A stretch of DNA of 64,000 nt from Acidobacteriota bacterium. GTDB lineage: Bacteria; Acidobacteriota; UBA890; WLXD01. Where the stretch lies: positions 2,176,001 through 2,240,000 of the forward strand of contig CBDFKD010000002.1 of NCBI GenBank assembly GCA_965248695.1. Direction: 5' to 3'. The notes under the pieces were generated by a model. The model was given only the letters and a program-made list of their open reading frames with translations, searched no databases and was not told the DNA's origin. Position 1 is the first letter of the stretch. Each line of letters starts with the position of its first letter. Shown here in pieces: positions 20,315 to 31,151 of this stretch. The translations under genes were made by a program, and so were the position numbers.

Positions 20315-21879
20315 GACGCCTTGCCGGACCCGCGCACGCGTGAGGCGATGAGCGCATACTCCTGCGGCGCAGCGTACATCTCGTTGACCTGATCGATGCG
20401 CAGGTTGAGCTCCTGCACGAGCGCCAGGCTCGAAGCGTGTTCGAGGAAGCGTTCCTCGTCCACGCGCGCCACCCGGGCCACTTCCGGAACGTCGGCCTGG
20501 TAGACAATCTCCACATCCGCGAACCCGCTTCGGTGCGCCATGAACGACAGGAGCTGCGGGTGGACCGGGCGGGTGTGGGTGGGGTCGAGAACGTAGGCGC
20601 GAACGAGCGCGAACAAGCTCTCCGGGTTGATGGTCTCGACCACCAACCGTCCGCCCGGAGCAAGGCGCGACACGGCCAGGTCGGTGAGCCGTGACCAGTC
20701 CGGCGGTGGAATGTGCTCGATGACCTGTGCCAGGAAGATTCCTCCGAGCGACCCTTCCTCCCGTTGCAGCAACCAGTCGAATAGATCGGCGCACACTGCC
20801 CGCAGGCCCCGCTCCGTGCAGGATGCGACGTCGGCGGCGTTTATCTCGACGCCGAGGGCGTCGGCGCCGGCGGCTTCCAGCAACTCGAGGAACTCGCCGC
20901 GTCCACACCCCAGATCGGCAACAGGCCCGGGGACGCCTTCGAAGCGCAACACGTGCGTGCGCATCCGACGTGTGATTTCTTCCTCGTCGCCCCGGAAGCG
21001 AAGCTGAAATGCCCGGTAGTCTTCGTCAGCCATCCAAGCGCGCAAGCGCTGCCAGAGCTCGCCGTCGAGCTGCTCGGGCGCAGAGGTACCGGCGCCAGAT
21101 CGCTGCGAATCGGCGGTCGAGACTGCCTGCACCTGGTCAAGCACACGCTTGAGCTGCGTTCGAGTCTCCAGGAGCTCAGCCTCGGCGACGTTGGAGGTGC
21201 GCGACTGCAGCTGCTCGAGGATGCTGTCCTTCTCGTCGAAGCGAGCATCGATCGCCTGGGCGCGCTCGACGAAGCGAACCTCCTGAAAATGCATGCGCTC
21301 CGCGTGCTTGCCGTAGAGGTCGTCCAGCGCCCCCCGCAGCGCCCAGAGCTCCTCCTCCAGCGCGTCGAACAGCACGCTGTGGCGATCCCGCAATGCCTCG
21401 TCGTAGTTGGACAAAGCCGCGTCGAGCCGGGCCTCCAGCTGCCGTGGGTCAGGAGCGAGGTCGAAGAGCGAGTCGTGGGTAGCCACCAGTCGCTGTTCGA
21501 TCGCACTGCCCAGTTGGTTGAGGTGCCGAACCACTTCGGCGTTGAATTTTTCCTGGCGCGCCAGGTACGGGTCCAGAAAAGGCTGCACGAACGGGCGTGC
21601 GATCCGGCGCAAAAGGTTGAGCAACGGTCCGATCACCGGCACGCTCGAGCCGACGTCGATCGGGTCGGTGATCACCGCCAGAGCATTGGCCTCCTCCAGG
21701 TGCTCCGAGTGAGCGACGCTGGATTCGAAGGCCTGCGGCGGTATCTCGGGCGCCGCCAGCTCGGGGCGAGGCGCGGGCGAGGTGTCGGCGGCGATCCGCG
21801 GCGGAGACGAGGCCTTGAGCTCTTCCCGGATCTGATCTCGCACCTGCTCGAGTCTTCGTGCGATCTCGTTCTGGTCCAT
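20311..21879 (-). CDS. Coiled-coil + class I SAM methyltransferase (putative glycan chain terminator)
   Basis: Long heptad-rich N-terminal half; YRAFQLRFRG, DLGCGRGEFL, QVIEH, ETINP, DPTHTRP. Confidence 0.85.
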   Translation of the reverse strand: MDQNEIARRLEQVRDQIREELKASSPPRIAADTSPAPRPELAAPEIPPQAFESSVAHSEHLEEANALAVITDPIDVGSSVPVIGPLLNLLRRIARPFVQPFLDPYLARQEKFNAEVVRHLNQLGSAIEQRLVATHDSLFDLAPDPRQLEARLDAALSNYDEALRDRHSVLFDALEEELWALRGALDDLYGKHAERMHFQEVRFVERAQAIDARFDEKDSILEQLQSRTSNVAEAELLETRTQLKRVLDQVQAVSTADSQRSGAGTSAPEQLDGELWQRLRAWMADEDYRAFQLRFRGDEEEITRRMRTHVLRFEGVPGPVADLGCGRGEFLELLEAAGADALGVEINAADVASCTERGLRAVCADLFDWLLQREEGSLGGIFLAQVIEHIPPPDWSRLTDLAVSRLAPGGRLVVETINPESLFALVRAYVLDPTHTRPVHPQLLSFMAHRSGFADVEIVYQADVPEVARVARVDEERFLEHASSLALVQELNLRIDQVNEMYAAPQEYALIASRVRGSGKAS

Positions 21880-21921
21880 GGCGTGCCCCAGGCCGGACGC
21901 TAAGCGCGCGGCGAGTCGAGC

Positions 21922-23226
21922 CTATCGGCCGACCGAAGTGTAGTCGAACTCCAACTCGCGCATCGTGGCGGGCGCGTAGACGTTCCGGAGATCGACGACC
22001 ACCGGAGCCCGCATGCTGGCACGCATGCGTCCCAGGTCGAGGTTACGGAACTGATTCCACTCCGTGGCGATCACCACGGCGTCGACGTCCGCGCAGGCAT
22101 CGTAGGCATCGTTGCAGTAGGTGACGCGATCTCCCAGCAGCGCTCGCGCAGTGTCCATCGCTGCCGGATCGAACGCCTGGATCCGCGCGCCTTCCGCCAG
22201 AAGCCCTTCGGCAATGGCGACGGCGGGACTTTCGCGTGTGTCATCCGTGTTCGGCTTGAAGGCAAGCCCGAGCAGGCCGACGGTCATGCCGTCGAGGGTG
22301 CCACCAACGGCAGCGCGAATCTTGTCGATCATCAACTCACGCTGCCGGGCATTGGCGGCCAGCGCGGCGCGACCGACCAAGAAGTCGTATCCGACCTCTT
22401 CTGCCGTGGCAACGAGCGCGCTGACGTCCTTGGGAAAGCACGAACCGCCGAAGCCGGGACCAGGATGCAGGAACTTCGCCGAGATCCGACCGTCGAGCCC
22501 CATCGACCGCGCCACGACATGAACGTCGGCGCCCAATTGCTCGCACAGGTTGGCGATCTCGTTGATGTAGCTGATCTTGACGGCAAGAAAGGCGTTGGAT
22601 GCGTACTTGATCATCTCCGCCGTCGGCACCGACGTAATCACGATCGGCGTTTCTATCAGGTAGAGCGGCCTGTAGAGCCCTTCCATCATCTGCGCAGCAC
22701 GCTGCGAGTCCACCCCGATGACGATGCGGTTCGGTCGCATGAAGTCCTCGATGGCTGACCCTTCGCGCAGGAACTCGGGGTTGCTGGCGACGTCGAACTC
22801 GGCGTCGGCGCCGGCATGTTCGCGGATGCGTTCCCGGATCCGATCACCCGTCCGCGGGGGCACGGTGCTCTTCGTCGCGATCACCTTGTAGCGATCGAGG
22901 TTGCGGCCAATCTCGTCGGCCACAGCATCGACATAGCTCAGATCGGTCCTACCGTCGGCAAGCGCCGGTGTGCCTACGGCGATGAACACGACATCGGCGG
23001 AGCGAATCGCGGCGCCGACATCGGTGGTGAACTGCAGTCGTCCGGCAGCAACGTTCTGAACCATCTTCTCGGCCAACCCCGGCTCGTAGAACGGCACGCT
23101 ACCTGCCGATAGCGTGGCGATCTTCGCCGCATCGATATCACAGCAAGTGACCTCGAGGCCGAAATCAGCAAAACAAGTGCCCGACACCAGGCCGACGTAC
23201 CCGGTGCCGATCATGGTGATGTTCAT
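21922..23226 (-). CDS. ugd: UDP-glucose 6-dehydrogenase
   Basis: GTGYVG, KSTVPP, SNPEFLREG, GFGGSCFPKD, AFKPNTDDTRES. Confidence 0.96.
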   Translation of the reverse strand: MNITMIGTGYVGLVSGTCFADFGLEVTCCDIDAAKIATLSAGSVPFYEPGLAEKMVQNVAAGRLQFTTDVGAAIRSADVVFIAVGTPALADGRTDLSYVDAVADEIGRNLDRYKVIATKSTVPPRTGDRIRERIREHAGADAEFDVASNPEFLREGSAIEDFMRPNRIVIGVDSQRAAQMMEGLYRPLYLIETPIVITSVPTAEMIKYASNAFLAVKISYINEIANLCEQLGADVHVVARSMGLDGRISAKFLHPGPGFGGSCFPKDVSALVATAEEVGYDFLVGRAALAANARQRELMIDKIRAAVGGTLDGMTVGLLGLAFKPNTDDTRESPAVAIAEGLLAEGARIQAFDPAAMDTARALLGDRVTYCNDAYDACADVDAVVIATEWNQFRNLDLGRMRASMRAPVVVDLRNVYAPATMRELEFDYTSVGR

Positions 23227-23445
23227 GGGGACCCTCGGCGCGCCTCACGCCTGATCGTGGCCGCATTGGCGCGAGCCGGTAGCTAGCTGGTTTCGTCAGA
23301 GCTGTTCGGTGGCGGTCTACACGCCTACTGAGCTTCTCGGTACAACGCGCGGGCGTCGTCGATCTGCGACGAAAGACATCGTGCCGAGCAGACGTGCCAG
23401 GAGAGAGAGAGGATATCCCAACATCGCCGTGAGCGGCGTGCCGCC

Positions 23446-24720
23446 TCAGTGGCCGGCGCCGGCCACCGCGCGCCCAACCGCACTGACATAGCTAGCGGCC
23501 ATGGCCTCGGGCGTGATCGTCCTCATGGCCCATCGCCGTGCCACCTTTGACGCGTGGCTCCGCGCCGCGGGCTCGGTCAGCAACTCCAGGAGCGCAGCTC
23601 GCAAGGCGGCCGCTTCCTGGCCTGCAGGCCCCGTTGGCACACGTCGAACGGCGCCGTCGGGAATGCCGCGCAGATGGATCAGATCGTGAATCACCATCGG
23701 TGTGCCGAGCTGCAACAGCTGCTGCTGCGTTCCGGACGATGCCCGTGCGGTCGGGTAGCGGAGGTTGACCGCGATGTCTGTCGCACGCATCAAGGCCCCG
23801 AAATCGAGGTCGCTGACGCGCCCGGTCCAGCGTAGCCGTCGCCCGAGGCGACGTGCCGCTGGGAGCTGCGCAAGCTCAGCGTCGGCGGCGCCGACTGCCA
23901 CGAAGACAAACGCGTGATCATCGGCGAGCTCCGCCAGCACATCGAGAATCATCGCCACGCGGTGCTCGGATCCCATGTAGCCGAACGTACCTACCAAGGG
24001 CACGTCGCCCGCCACACCGAGGTCGGTCTTCCAGGACGTCACCAACTCGGCCGGCGGGTCCGGTACGGGCAACCAGTGCACCACCGACTCGATCCGTGCG
24101 TCGTTCATCTGGGCGCGCAGATAGCGCGCCAGTAGTTCGCCGTGCACCACCGTCAGGCGGCTGGCGCCCACGAGGTCCTCGCACATCGGGAAACTCCAGT
24201 AGAGCGCCGGCGTACCGAAGCCGGCGACCGCAAGGCGGCCGACGTCGCCGGCGACATCGGGACGTCCATCAAGCAGCGCCTGGCGGTAGCCATCGAGATC
24301 ATGCGTGCGCAGGTGGTGTGCGACGCGCGACGGGTGCAGCACCGCATCGTGCAGCACCAACAATCCAGGGTGGCGCTTGATCAGCGGCGTCGTGGAGTGA
24401 TGCGCCTCGCTGTTGCCGACGTGATAGATCGCGAGATCGTATGGCCGCATCGCTTGGCGTCGCGGGAACTGCTCCTCGGGAAGAACGCGCTGGCGACGGC
24501 CGGTCCATCTTGCAGTGCGTAGGCGCTCCGGGGCAAAGACGTCGATCTCCCAGTGGGCCGGAAGCACGCTCAGCAGGCCCGCGACATAGTCGGCGATACC
24601 GGTCGGTGCCGGCGGCATGGGCGAGAACATGGCGAGCCGCAGCGAACGGTCGGCGACCGGCGTGGACGCGTCTTCCACACCGGTAGCAGTGGCTCGTGCT
24701 GCTGGCGCCTTCGAGCTCAC
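23446..24720 (-). CDS. GT-B (GT4-like) glycosyltransferase
   Basis: FSPMPPAPTGIADY, YHVGNS..H, VLHD, VNLRYPT; GTGA-coupled to uvrA. Confidence 0.88.
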   Translation of the reverse strand: MSSKAPAARATATGVEDASTPVADRSLRLAMFSPMPPAPTGIADYVAGLLSVLPAHWEIDVFAPERLRTARWTGRRQRVLPEEQFPRRQAMRPYDLAIYHVGNSEAHHSTTPLIKRHPGLLVLHDAVLHPSRVAHHLRTHDLDGYRQALLDGRPDVAGDVGRLAVAGFGTPALYWSFPMCEDLVGASRLTVVHGELLARYLRAQMNDARIESVVHWLPVPDPPAELVTSWKTDLGVAGDVPLVGTFGYMGSEHRVAMILDVLAELADDHAFVFVAVGAADAELAQLPAARRLGRRLRWTGRVSDLDFGALMRATDIAVNLRYPTARASSGTQQQLLQLGTPMVIHDLIHLRGIPDGAVRRVPTGPAGQEAAALRAALLELLTEPAARSHASKVARRWAMRTITPEAMAASYVSAVGRAVAGAGH

Positions 24721-27569
24721 CCGGCTTTCACCGGAGCGCGCTGAAGGACGCTGGCAAGATAGTGGCCGGTTGGTGAGCCGTCGACTCGGGCGACGTCCTC
24801 CGGGGTCCCGGATGCCACCACTCGGCCACCGCCGTCGCCCCCTTCAGGGCCTAGGTCGATGACCCAGTCGGCGTACTTGACGACCTCGAGATTGTGCTCC
24901 ACCACCACCACGGTATTGCCCTGGTCGACGAGGGCATCGAGGACGTGCAGCAGCCGCCGCACGTCGTCGAAGTGGAGGCCGGTGGTGGGCTCGTCGAGCA
25001 GATACAGAGTCGAGCCGGTGGCGCGACGCGACAGCTCTTTGGCGAGCTTGAGTCGTTGCGCTTCCCCTCCGGAGATGGTCGTCGCCGGTTGCCCGAGGCG
25101 CAGATATCCGAGCCCGACTTCCTGCAGCGCCACGAGCTTCTGAGCAATCGTGGGGACGGCGCCGAACTCCTCGGCGGCCTGGTCGATGGTCATCCCGAGG
25201 ACCTCGGCGATATCGTGGCCGCGGTATTTGACCTCCAGCGTCTCGGGGTTATAGCGCCGCCCTGCACAATCGTCGCACACCGTGTAGACGTCGGGGAGAA
25301 AGTGCATCTCGATCTTCTGCAGGCCGGCTCCGCGGCAACCCTCGCACCGCCCGCCGGCGACATTGAACGAGTACCTCCCGGGGCCGAAGCCTCGCACCTT
25401 GCTCTCCGGCAGCGAGGCGAACAGCTGCCGTATCGGTGTGAACGCACCCGAGTACGTCGCCGGGTTGGAGCGTGGCGTGCGCCCGATCGGGTCCTGCGTA
25501 ACATCGATGACCTTGTCGATCGCTTCGATCCCGTCGATCCGGTCATGCGCACCCGGACGCGCCGAGGCACCGTTGAGGTGGTGTGCCAGAGCACGGTAGA
25601 GCGTCTCTTCTACCAGACTGCTCTTCCCCGAGCCGGAGACGCCGGCAACCACGACGAAGCAACCGAGCGGCAACTCGACGTCGACGTTCTGCAGGTTTCG
25701 GTGGCGAGCCCCACGCACGATCAGCCAGCTCGGACCGCCGTCGGCGCGCGGCAAAGGGCGACGCCGGCGCTGGGGAATCTCGATACAGCGGCGACCGGAA
25801 AGGTAGGCACCGGTAGATGATTGCGGATGGTCTGCTACGTCCCCGGGCGGCCCCTCTGCTACCAGGTAGCCGCCGTGCTCACCGGCGCCGGGTCCCAGAT
25901 CGACCACCCAGTCGGCCGAGCGGATGGTCTCCTCATCGTGCTCCACAACGATGACGGTGTTGCCGAGATCCCGAATCGCCTCGAGCGCTTCGATCAACTG
26001 GCGGTTGTCGCGCGCGTGCAAGCCGATGCTCGGCTCGTCGAGTACGTACAGAACGCCGCGCAATCGGGTACCGATCTGGGTCGCCAGCCGGATCCGCTGG
26101 CTCTCGCCACCTGCAAGACTGCGCGCCGGGCGGTCGAGGCTGATGTAGCCCAGGCCGACCTGGCGCAGGAACCCGAGCCGTTCGCCCACTTCCTTCAAGA
26201 TCGGGTCGGCGATCGGGCGCAGGCGTTTGCGAACCTTGATCTGGCCGATAGCGCCTTCTGCTTCGGCGATGGTTAGCGCCGCCAGCCCGGCAATTGACAT
26301 CCCGCCGACCCGCACCGACAGGCTCTCGGGTCGCAGGCGCGTACCGGCGCACGAACCACATACGCCCTCATGGAGATACGGCTCCAGACGCTTCAGGACA
26401 CGGGTGGATTCGGCCGCCTGAAGGGCGCGCTGCAGCCACGGCACCACGCCCCGGAAGCCGCGCGCGAGGCTCTTGTCGAGGTAGTCGCCCTTGAGCTTGA
26501 ACTTGATCAGCTTGCCGTCCCGGCCGTACATCACGAGCTCGCGGAATCTCTGTGGCAGGCGCCGCCATGGCTTGCGGATATCGACTTTCTCCTGGCGCGC
26601 CAGTGCCCGCAGGAAAGCCCGCGGGTAGGCGTCGCCTCGCCATGGAGCGATCGCCTCGTCGAGGAGCCCGAGGTCGACGTCGGGTACGATACGGGCCGGA
26701 TCAAAACGCCGATCCGTTCCCAGGCCATCGCACACCTGACATGCACCGCGGGGGCTATTGAAGGAAAAAGAGCGCGGCTCGAGATCCGGGAGGCTGATCC
26801 CGCAACGAGGGCACGAGAGCTTGTTCGAGAACAGCTGATCCCCCTCTCCGACGACGTTGATGATCACCACGCCGTCGCCGAGCTGTAGCGCGGTATCGAT
26901 GGCCGCGTGCAGTCGATCCCGCACCTTGGAGCGCAACACCAGACGATCGACCACGACTTCGATGTCGTGGAGCTTGTTGCGCTCTAGCCTGATGGGCTCC
27001 GCGCCGAGCTCCCGAATGCGACCATCGATCCGGGCCCGGGCGTAGCCGCTGGTGGCAAGCCGCGCGAGCTCGGCACGATACTCCCCCTTGCGGCCGCGAA
27101 CGATTGGCCCCATGACTTGCAGCTTCGCCCCCTCGGGCAGCGCCATTACGCGCTCGACGATCTGTCGCCCGGACTGCGAGGCGACCGGTCGATCGCACCG
27201 CGGACAGTGCGGTGTTCCGGCGCGCGCATACAGCAGGCGGAGAAAATCGTAGATCTCGGTAACCGTACCGACCGTCGAGCGCGGATTCCGGCTCGTCGTC
27301 TTCTGATCGATAGCTATGGACGGCGACAGGCCCTCGACGAGATCGACATCGGGCCGCTCCATCTGCTCCAGAAACTGCCGTGCATAGGCCGAGAGCGACT
27401 CTACGTAGCGTCGCTGGCCCTCGGCGTAGAGCGTATCGAAGGCCAATGATGACTTGCCCGAACCCGAGGGTCCGGTGACCACGATCATCGAATAACGCGG
27501 CAAGTCGAGATCGAGACCTTTGAGATTGTGCTGCCTCGCGCCGCGTATCTTGATGCGATCAATCCCCAC
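24717..27569 (-). CDS. uvrA: Excinuclease ABC subunit A
   Basis: GARQHNLK, two Walker A GxSGSGKS motifs, zinc-finger CxxC pairs, LDEP motifs. Confidence 0.99.
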   Translation of the reverse strand: MGIDRIKIRGARQHNLKGLDLDLPRYSMIVVTGPSGSGKSSLAFDTLYAEGQRRYVESLSAYARQFLEQMERPDVDLVEGLSPSIAIDQKTTSRNPRSTVGTVTEIYDFLRLLYARAGTPHCPRCDRPVASQSGRQIVERVMALPEGAKLQVMGPIVRGRKGEYRAELARLATSGYARARIDGRIRELGAEPIRLERNKLHDIEVVVDRLVLRSKVRDRLHAAIDTALQLGDGVVIINVVGEGDQLFSNKLSCPRCGISLPDLEPRSFSFNSPRGACQVCDGLGTDRRFDPARIVPDVDLGLLDEAIAPWRGDAYPRAFLRALARQEKVDIRKPWRRLPQRFRELVMYGRDGKLIKFKLKGDYLDKSLARGFRGVVPWLQRALQAAESTRVLKRLEPYLHEGVCGSCAGTRLRPESLSVRVGGMSIAGLAALTIAEAEGAIGQIKVRKRLRPIADPILKEVGERLGFLRQVGLGYISLDRPARSLAGGESQRIRLATQIGTRLRGVLYVLDEPSIGLHARDNRQLIEALEAIRDLGNTVIVVEHDEETIRSADWVVDLGPGAGEHGGYLVAEGPPGDVADHPQSSTGAYLSGRRCIEIPQRRRRPLPRADGGPSWLIVRGARHRNLQNVDVELPLGCFVVVAGVSGSGKSSLVEETLYRALAHHLNGASARPGAHDRIDGIEAIDKVIDVTQDPIGRTPRSNPATYSGAFTPIRQLFASLPESKVRGFGPGRYSFNVAGGRCEGCRGAGLQKIEMHFLPDVYTVCDDCAGRRYNPETLEVKYRGHDIAEVLGMTIDQAAEEFGAVPTIAQKLVALQEVGLGYLRLGQPATTISGGEAQRLKLAKELSRRATGSTLYLLDEPTTGLHFDDVRRLLHVLDALVDQGNTVVVVEHNLEVVKYADWVIDLGPEGGDGGGRVVASGTPEDVARVDGSPTGHYLASVLQRAPVKAG

Positions 27570-27752
27570 TAGATCGTGCCTTATCTAACTGTATCGTTCT
27601 GTATCTGCCGGAATCGAGTAGCCATGGACCGCAGTGGAACCTCGAGAGGCTAACATCCATGCTCGCCGTGCCCGGTCCCCCGTTTAGCTCAGCGCTCCCG
27701 AGACGGACGATTCTCGGCAGGAGCCCAGCTGATCAAATCTAGCAAAGTCGCC

Positions 27753-28682
27753 ATGCAGTCGAAAGCGAGCGCTGGAGCCGGGAACGACATCCAGCCGGGG
27801 ACGCTGTATGTGGTGGCGACGCCCATCGGCAATCTCGGAGACCTGACGCGCCGGGCCGAGCATGTGCTCGCCGGGGCGGACTCCGTGTTGGCGGAGGACA
27901 CTCGGAGGACACGGCGGCTACTGTCGCATCTCGGCATCTCGTCGCGACTCGAGGCCCACCACGAGCACAACGAGGTGCGGGTGGTTCCCCGCCTGATCGA
28001 ACGGCTCCGCAGTGGGGCAGCGCTGGCGCTGGTCAGCGACGCTGGAACCCCCGGCGTTGCCGATCCCGGATACAGGCTGGTTCGCGCCGCAATCGACGAC
28101 GGAATACCGATCGTTCCGGTACCCGGGGCCAGCGCCGTGCTTGCGGCCCTGGTCGGGTCGGGACTGCCGATGGACAGGTTCACCTTCGCTGGTTATCCGC
28201 CCCGCAAGGACGGCGAGCGCCGGCGCTTCCTGCGTCAGCTCGCCGACGCTCCCGGCACATTGGTGCTTCTGGAGTCACCTCGGAGGCTCGCCGCCACGTT
28301 GACGGCGGCGGCGGAAATCCTGGGAGCTCGAAGGGCGGCGCTAGGCAGGGAGCTCACGAAGGTACACGAGGAGTTTCGTCGCGCCTCGCTCGACGAGCTT
28401 GCCGCCACCCTGGAGCCCGAGGTTCGCGGCGAGATCACGCTGTGCATCGCCGCCGCGGAGGCCGTCGATCGGCCGGCACCGAGCGCTTCCGAGCTGCGAC
28501 AAAGGTACGACGACAAGTTGCGCGCCGGCACCGAGCGCGGCGAAGCGCGGCGTCAACTGGTAGCCGAGTCCGGCCTGCGTCGCCGCGACGTCTACGGCGC
28601 ATTACACTTGCAGCCGGCTGAGACCGTCGACGAGGACTGCGCGTCGGCGAACGACAATCCCGACTCCGGAGCCGCAGAATGA
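27753..28682 (+). CDS. rsmI: 16S rRNA C1402 2'-O-methyltransferase
   Basis: LYVVATPIGNLGD, AEDTR, SDAGTPGVADPG, RELTKVHEE. Confidence 0.97.
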   Translation: MQSKASAGAGNDIQPGTLYVVATPIGNLGDLTRRAEHVLAGADSVLAEDTRRTRRLLSHLGISSRLEAHHEHNEVRVVPRLIERLRSGAALALVSDAGTPGVADPGYRLVRAAIDDGIPIVPVPGASAVLAALVGSGLPMDRFTFAGYPPRKDGERRRFLRQLADAPGTLVLLESPRRLAATLTAAAEILGARRAALGRELTKVHEEFRRASLDELAATLEPEVRGEITLCIAAAEAVDRPAPSASELRQRYDDKLRAGTERGEARRQLVAESGLRRRDVYGALHLQPAETVDEDCASANDNPDSGAAE

Positions 28683-29110
28683 ATCGCCTGCTGAGCATCG
28701 TCACCATCGTCCTCGCCACGACAGCCTGCAGCCCGCCCTCCGGCGAGGAGCTCGTTCAGCAGGTCATGCAGCAGCGCAACAGGTACGACGCCACGCCGCA
28801 GTCGTGGATCGTGCGCCCGGACGGGACGATCTACCTCGAGGTGCTGGTGGTCAACAACAACCTCGAGGGCGGCCTGCGGACACTCACTGTCCTGGTCGAG
28901 CAGATCGACACCGACGAGACGGTGCTCAAGAGTGAGCGCGTCCCGATAAACGTCGTGTCCCTCACCGCCGGCCTCGGCAAGAACCTCGGTGTAACCGTCA
29001 TGGCTGTGAAGCCTGACGTGGAGTACGTTCGCCTGATTGTCGAGGTCGCACCCGAGTCCGACAGCTGGCCCGAGTTCCCCGAGTTCAACGCGGTGCGTCC
29101 GCGCACCTAG
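28679..29110 (+). CDS. Hypothetical lipoprotein
   Basis: Lipobox TTAC; ATGA-coupled to rsmI; beta-rich. Confidence 0.7.
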   Translation: MNRLLSIVTIVLATTACSPPSGEELVQQVMQQRNRYDATPQSWIVRPDGTIYLEVLVVNNNLEGGLRTLTVLVEQIDTDETVLKSERVPINVVSLTAGLGKNLGVTVMAVKPDVEYVRLIVEVAPESDSWPEFPEFNAVRPRT

Positions 29111-29117
29111 CGCTGGA

Positions 29118-30236
29118 TCAAGCGAACAGCTGGCGGTGGCCCTCCAGGATCCTCGCCTTCGCGGCTGGGTCAGGCTCCAGCGTCTCCACGCCGCGCTCAT
29201 GTGTTCCGCCGAGCAGGACGCCGTCGGAGCGCGGGAACATGTAAAGATGGCCCTTGATGACGATGTAGTCGACCTCCGGCTGCGGCAGGAGCACGGTGAG
29301 TTGGCCTTTGATCGGTAGCAGCTCGGAATCGCCGAACAGCTCACGAGCACCGAGACCGGAGCAGTTGAACAGCAGGCGCTGCGGCAGGCCCGATAGCTCG
29401 GACGCGTCGCCGAACTCGCGCACCAGGATTCGGCCTCCCGCCTGCTGGAAGTCGCGCGTCAGAGCGTCCAGATAGGTCGGCATTTCCACCAGCATCGTGG
29501 TGAATCGGTAGGCGTGTTGCGTACCGAACGGATGCTCATCAGGCTCCAGCACACGCATGTCGGGATAGAGGTCGTCGAGGGCGCCACGATCGGTCGACTG
29601 CGGCGAATCGCTGGCGACGTAGTTGTCGATCCAACGCACGGCGTAGCGATTGCCGACCATGTTCTGGAAGTATCGATGCGATAGGCGTGCTGCCTGCTCA
29701 AACTGGCTGTCGAAAGCGGCCGTCGTCGCGCCACGGTCAAAAACGCTTGCCGGCGACCATTGCCCGCCGGCGATGTTCGACGTCGTGTGCGGCGGAACGT
29801 CGCGGGCGTAGATGGTCACCCCCCACCCACGGCGCTGCATGATCCTGGCGGTGGCGAGACCGACCGCCCCGCATCCGATCACCGCACACTGGCGGGCATC
29901 GACCGCGGCGGCGAGATCGGCGGCCTGGTGTGCCGTTCCCCACGAGAGCGTGATACCTCCGCCGCCGTGCCCGTAGTTGTGGATCACTACCGTGTCGTCG
30001 CGTCGCTCCACCGCGACGCGGAATCCCGACGGGCGAAAGGGGCGCAGGCCGACAACCGTTCGTATCTCGCGGCGCGGGTCGACCTTGACGGCCGCAAGGC
30101 TACGCGGGTGCGCTCGGCTCCACGGCGGCCTTGTAGCAACAGGCGCCGCCGTGCCGCCGCGGCCCCCGCACCCCGTGCCCAGGCCAGCGAGCGCCGCTGC
30201 GCCTCCGAGTTGCTTCAGTAGCGCGCGACGATCCAT
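29118..30236 (-). CDS. FAD-dependent D-amino acid oxidase family protein with Tat/lipoprotein signal
   Basis: DRRALLK, GTGC, GLRPFR, HNYGHGGGGITLSWG, VIGCGAVG, TTSNIAGG, NCSGLGA. Confidence 0.85.
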   Translation of the reverse strand: MDRRALLKQLGGAAALAGLGTGCGGRGGTAAPVATRPPWSRAHPRSLAAVKVDPRREIRTVVGLRPFRPSGFRVAVERRDDTVVIHNYGHGGGGITLSWGTAHQAADLAAAVDARQCAVIGCGAVGLATARIMQRRGWGVTIYARDVPPHTTSNIAGGQWSPASVFDRGATTAAFDSQFEQAARLSHRYFQNMVGNRYAVRWIDNYVASDSPQSTDRGALDDLYPDMRVLEPDEHPFGTQHAYRFTTMLVEMPTYLDALTRDFQQAGGRILVREFGDASELSGLPQRLLFNCSGLGARELFGDSELLPIKGQLTVLLPQPEVDYIVIKGHLYMFPRSDGVLLGGTHERGVETLEPDPAAKARILEGHRQLFA

Positions 30237-30353
30237 GGCCCTCGATGCGTTCGTGAGCACACGCCCGTAGGGGCACGCTCCAGGCGTCGCTGGCTTCAGC
30301 TCGCTCGGCAGTGCTAACAGCAGCGAGGGTACCGCACCGTACTGCCTGGGTGC

Positions 30354-31151
30354 CTATGCGTCGGCGCAGATGATGTAGACCGTGTATGTACCGACATCGA
30401 CGTTGGCAGTGTCCTTGTTCGTCACAGTCCCCGTCCAGGCGTTGTTACTGCTGGGATAGCTCGCCTGGAGGTCGACTTCGGCTCCAATAGCGTCCGCGTC
30501 AAGGAGAACCCCGCCACCAGTAACTCGATAGCCAGCCGTCGGACACGCAATGGTGCGGCTGTCGGTAGCACCAACGTCGTTCCCAGTGGCATTGGTTCCA
30601 AGGAGGCCTGCGATGTTGACGGTAACTTGGTCCGTTTCGAGCACCAGAGTGCCTGCAGCACCATCGGTGCCATCGGTGCCGGGATCTCCCTGCGGACCCT
30701 GAGAACCGTTCGCTCCGCTATCGCCCTGTGGCCCCTGCTCTCCGGTCTCGCCCTGCGGGCCCTGCGGTCCGGTGGCGCCCTTCGGCCCCTGTTTGCCCGC
30801 CTTCTCGATGTAGACCTCGAACTGCTCCTCCTTGCCGCCGGTGCAACGGATCGAGAGCAGGTGCGACACGCCGAACTCGATGTCGCGGCGATCGAAAGCC
30901 AGGATCATCAGCCGTTCGGCGCTAGAAATCACCGTCAGGGGGTCGCCGCCGAGAAACGCTGCTTTGACCTTTCTCGGGGCGGTGCACAGGCGGCCCCCCC
31001 GAACAACGAGCTGATCGACGGTGAAGTCCACGAACGCGGTCATCACATTCGGTAGATCCTGAGCGCCGCGGGAGTCCTGATGTGCAATCGCCAGACCGGT
31101 CGATAAAGCGAAAACGATCGCCGCGGCGATAATCATCGATCGGGAGAGCAT
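30354..31151 (-). CDS. Secreted collagen-like protein
   Basis: Signal peptide; ~16 Gly-X-Y triplets ([12 protein letters not shown]...GAAG); C-terminal [12 protein letters not shown]...YIIC domain. Confidence 0.85.
   Translation of the reverse strand: MLSRSMIIAAAIVFALSTGLAIAHQDSRGAQDLPNVMTAFVDFTVDQLVVRGGRLCTAPRKVKAAFLGGDPLTVISSAERLMILAFDRRDIEFGVSHLLSIRCTGGKEEQFEVYIEKAGKQGPKGATGPQGPQGETGEQGPQGDSGANGSQGPQGDPGTDGTDGAAGTLVLETDQVTVNIAGLLGTNATGNDVGATDSRTIACPTAGYRVTGGGVLLDADAIGAEVDLQASYPSSNNAWTGTVTNKDTANVDVGTYTVYIICADA

Noticed and set aside
27590-27606. CTGTATC direct repeat upstream of uvrA as a LexA box
   Set aside because: Does not match the LexA motifs I know (CTGT-N8-ACAG, GAAC-N4-GTTC, GTTC-N7-GTTC); too short to support.
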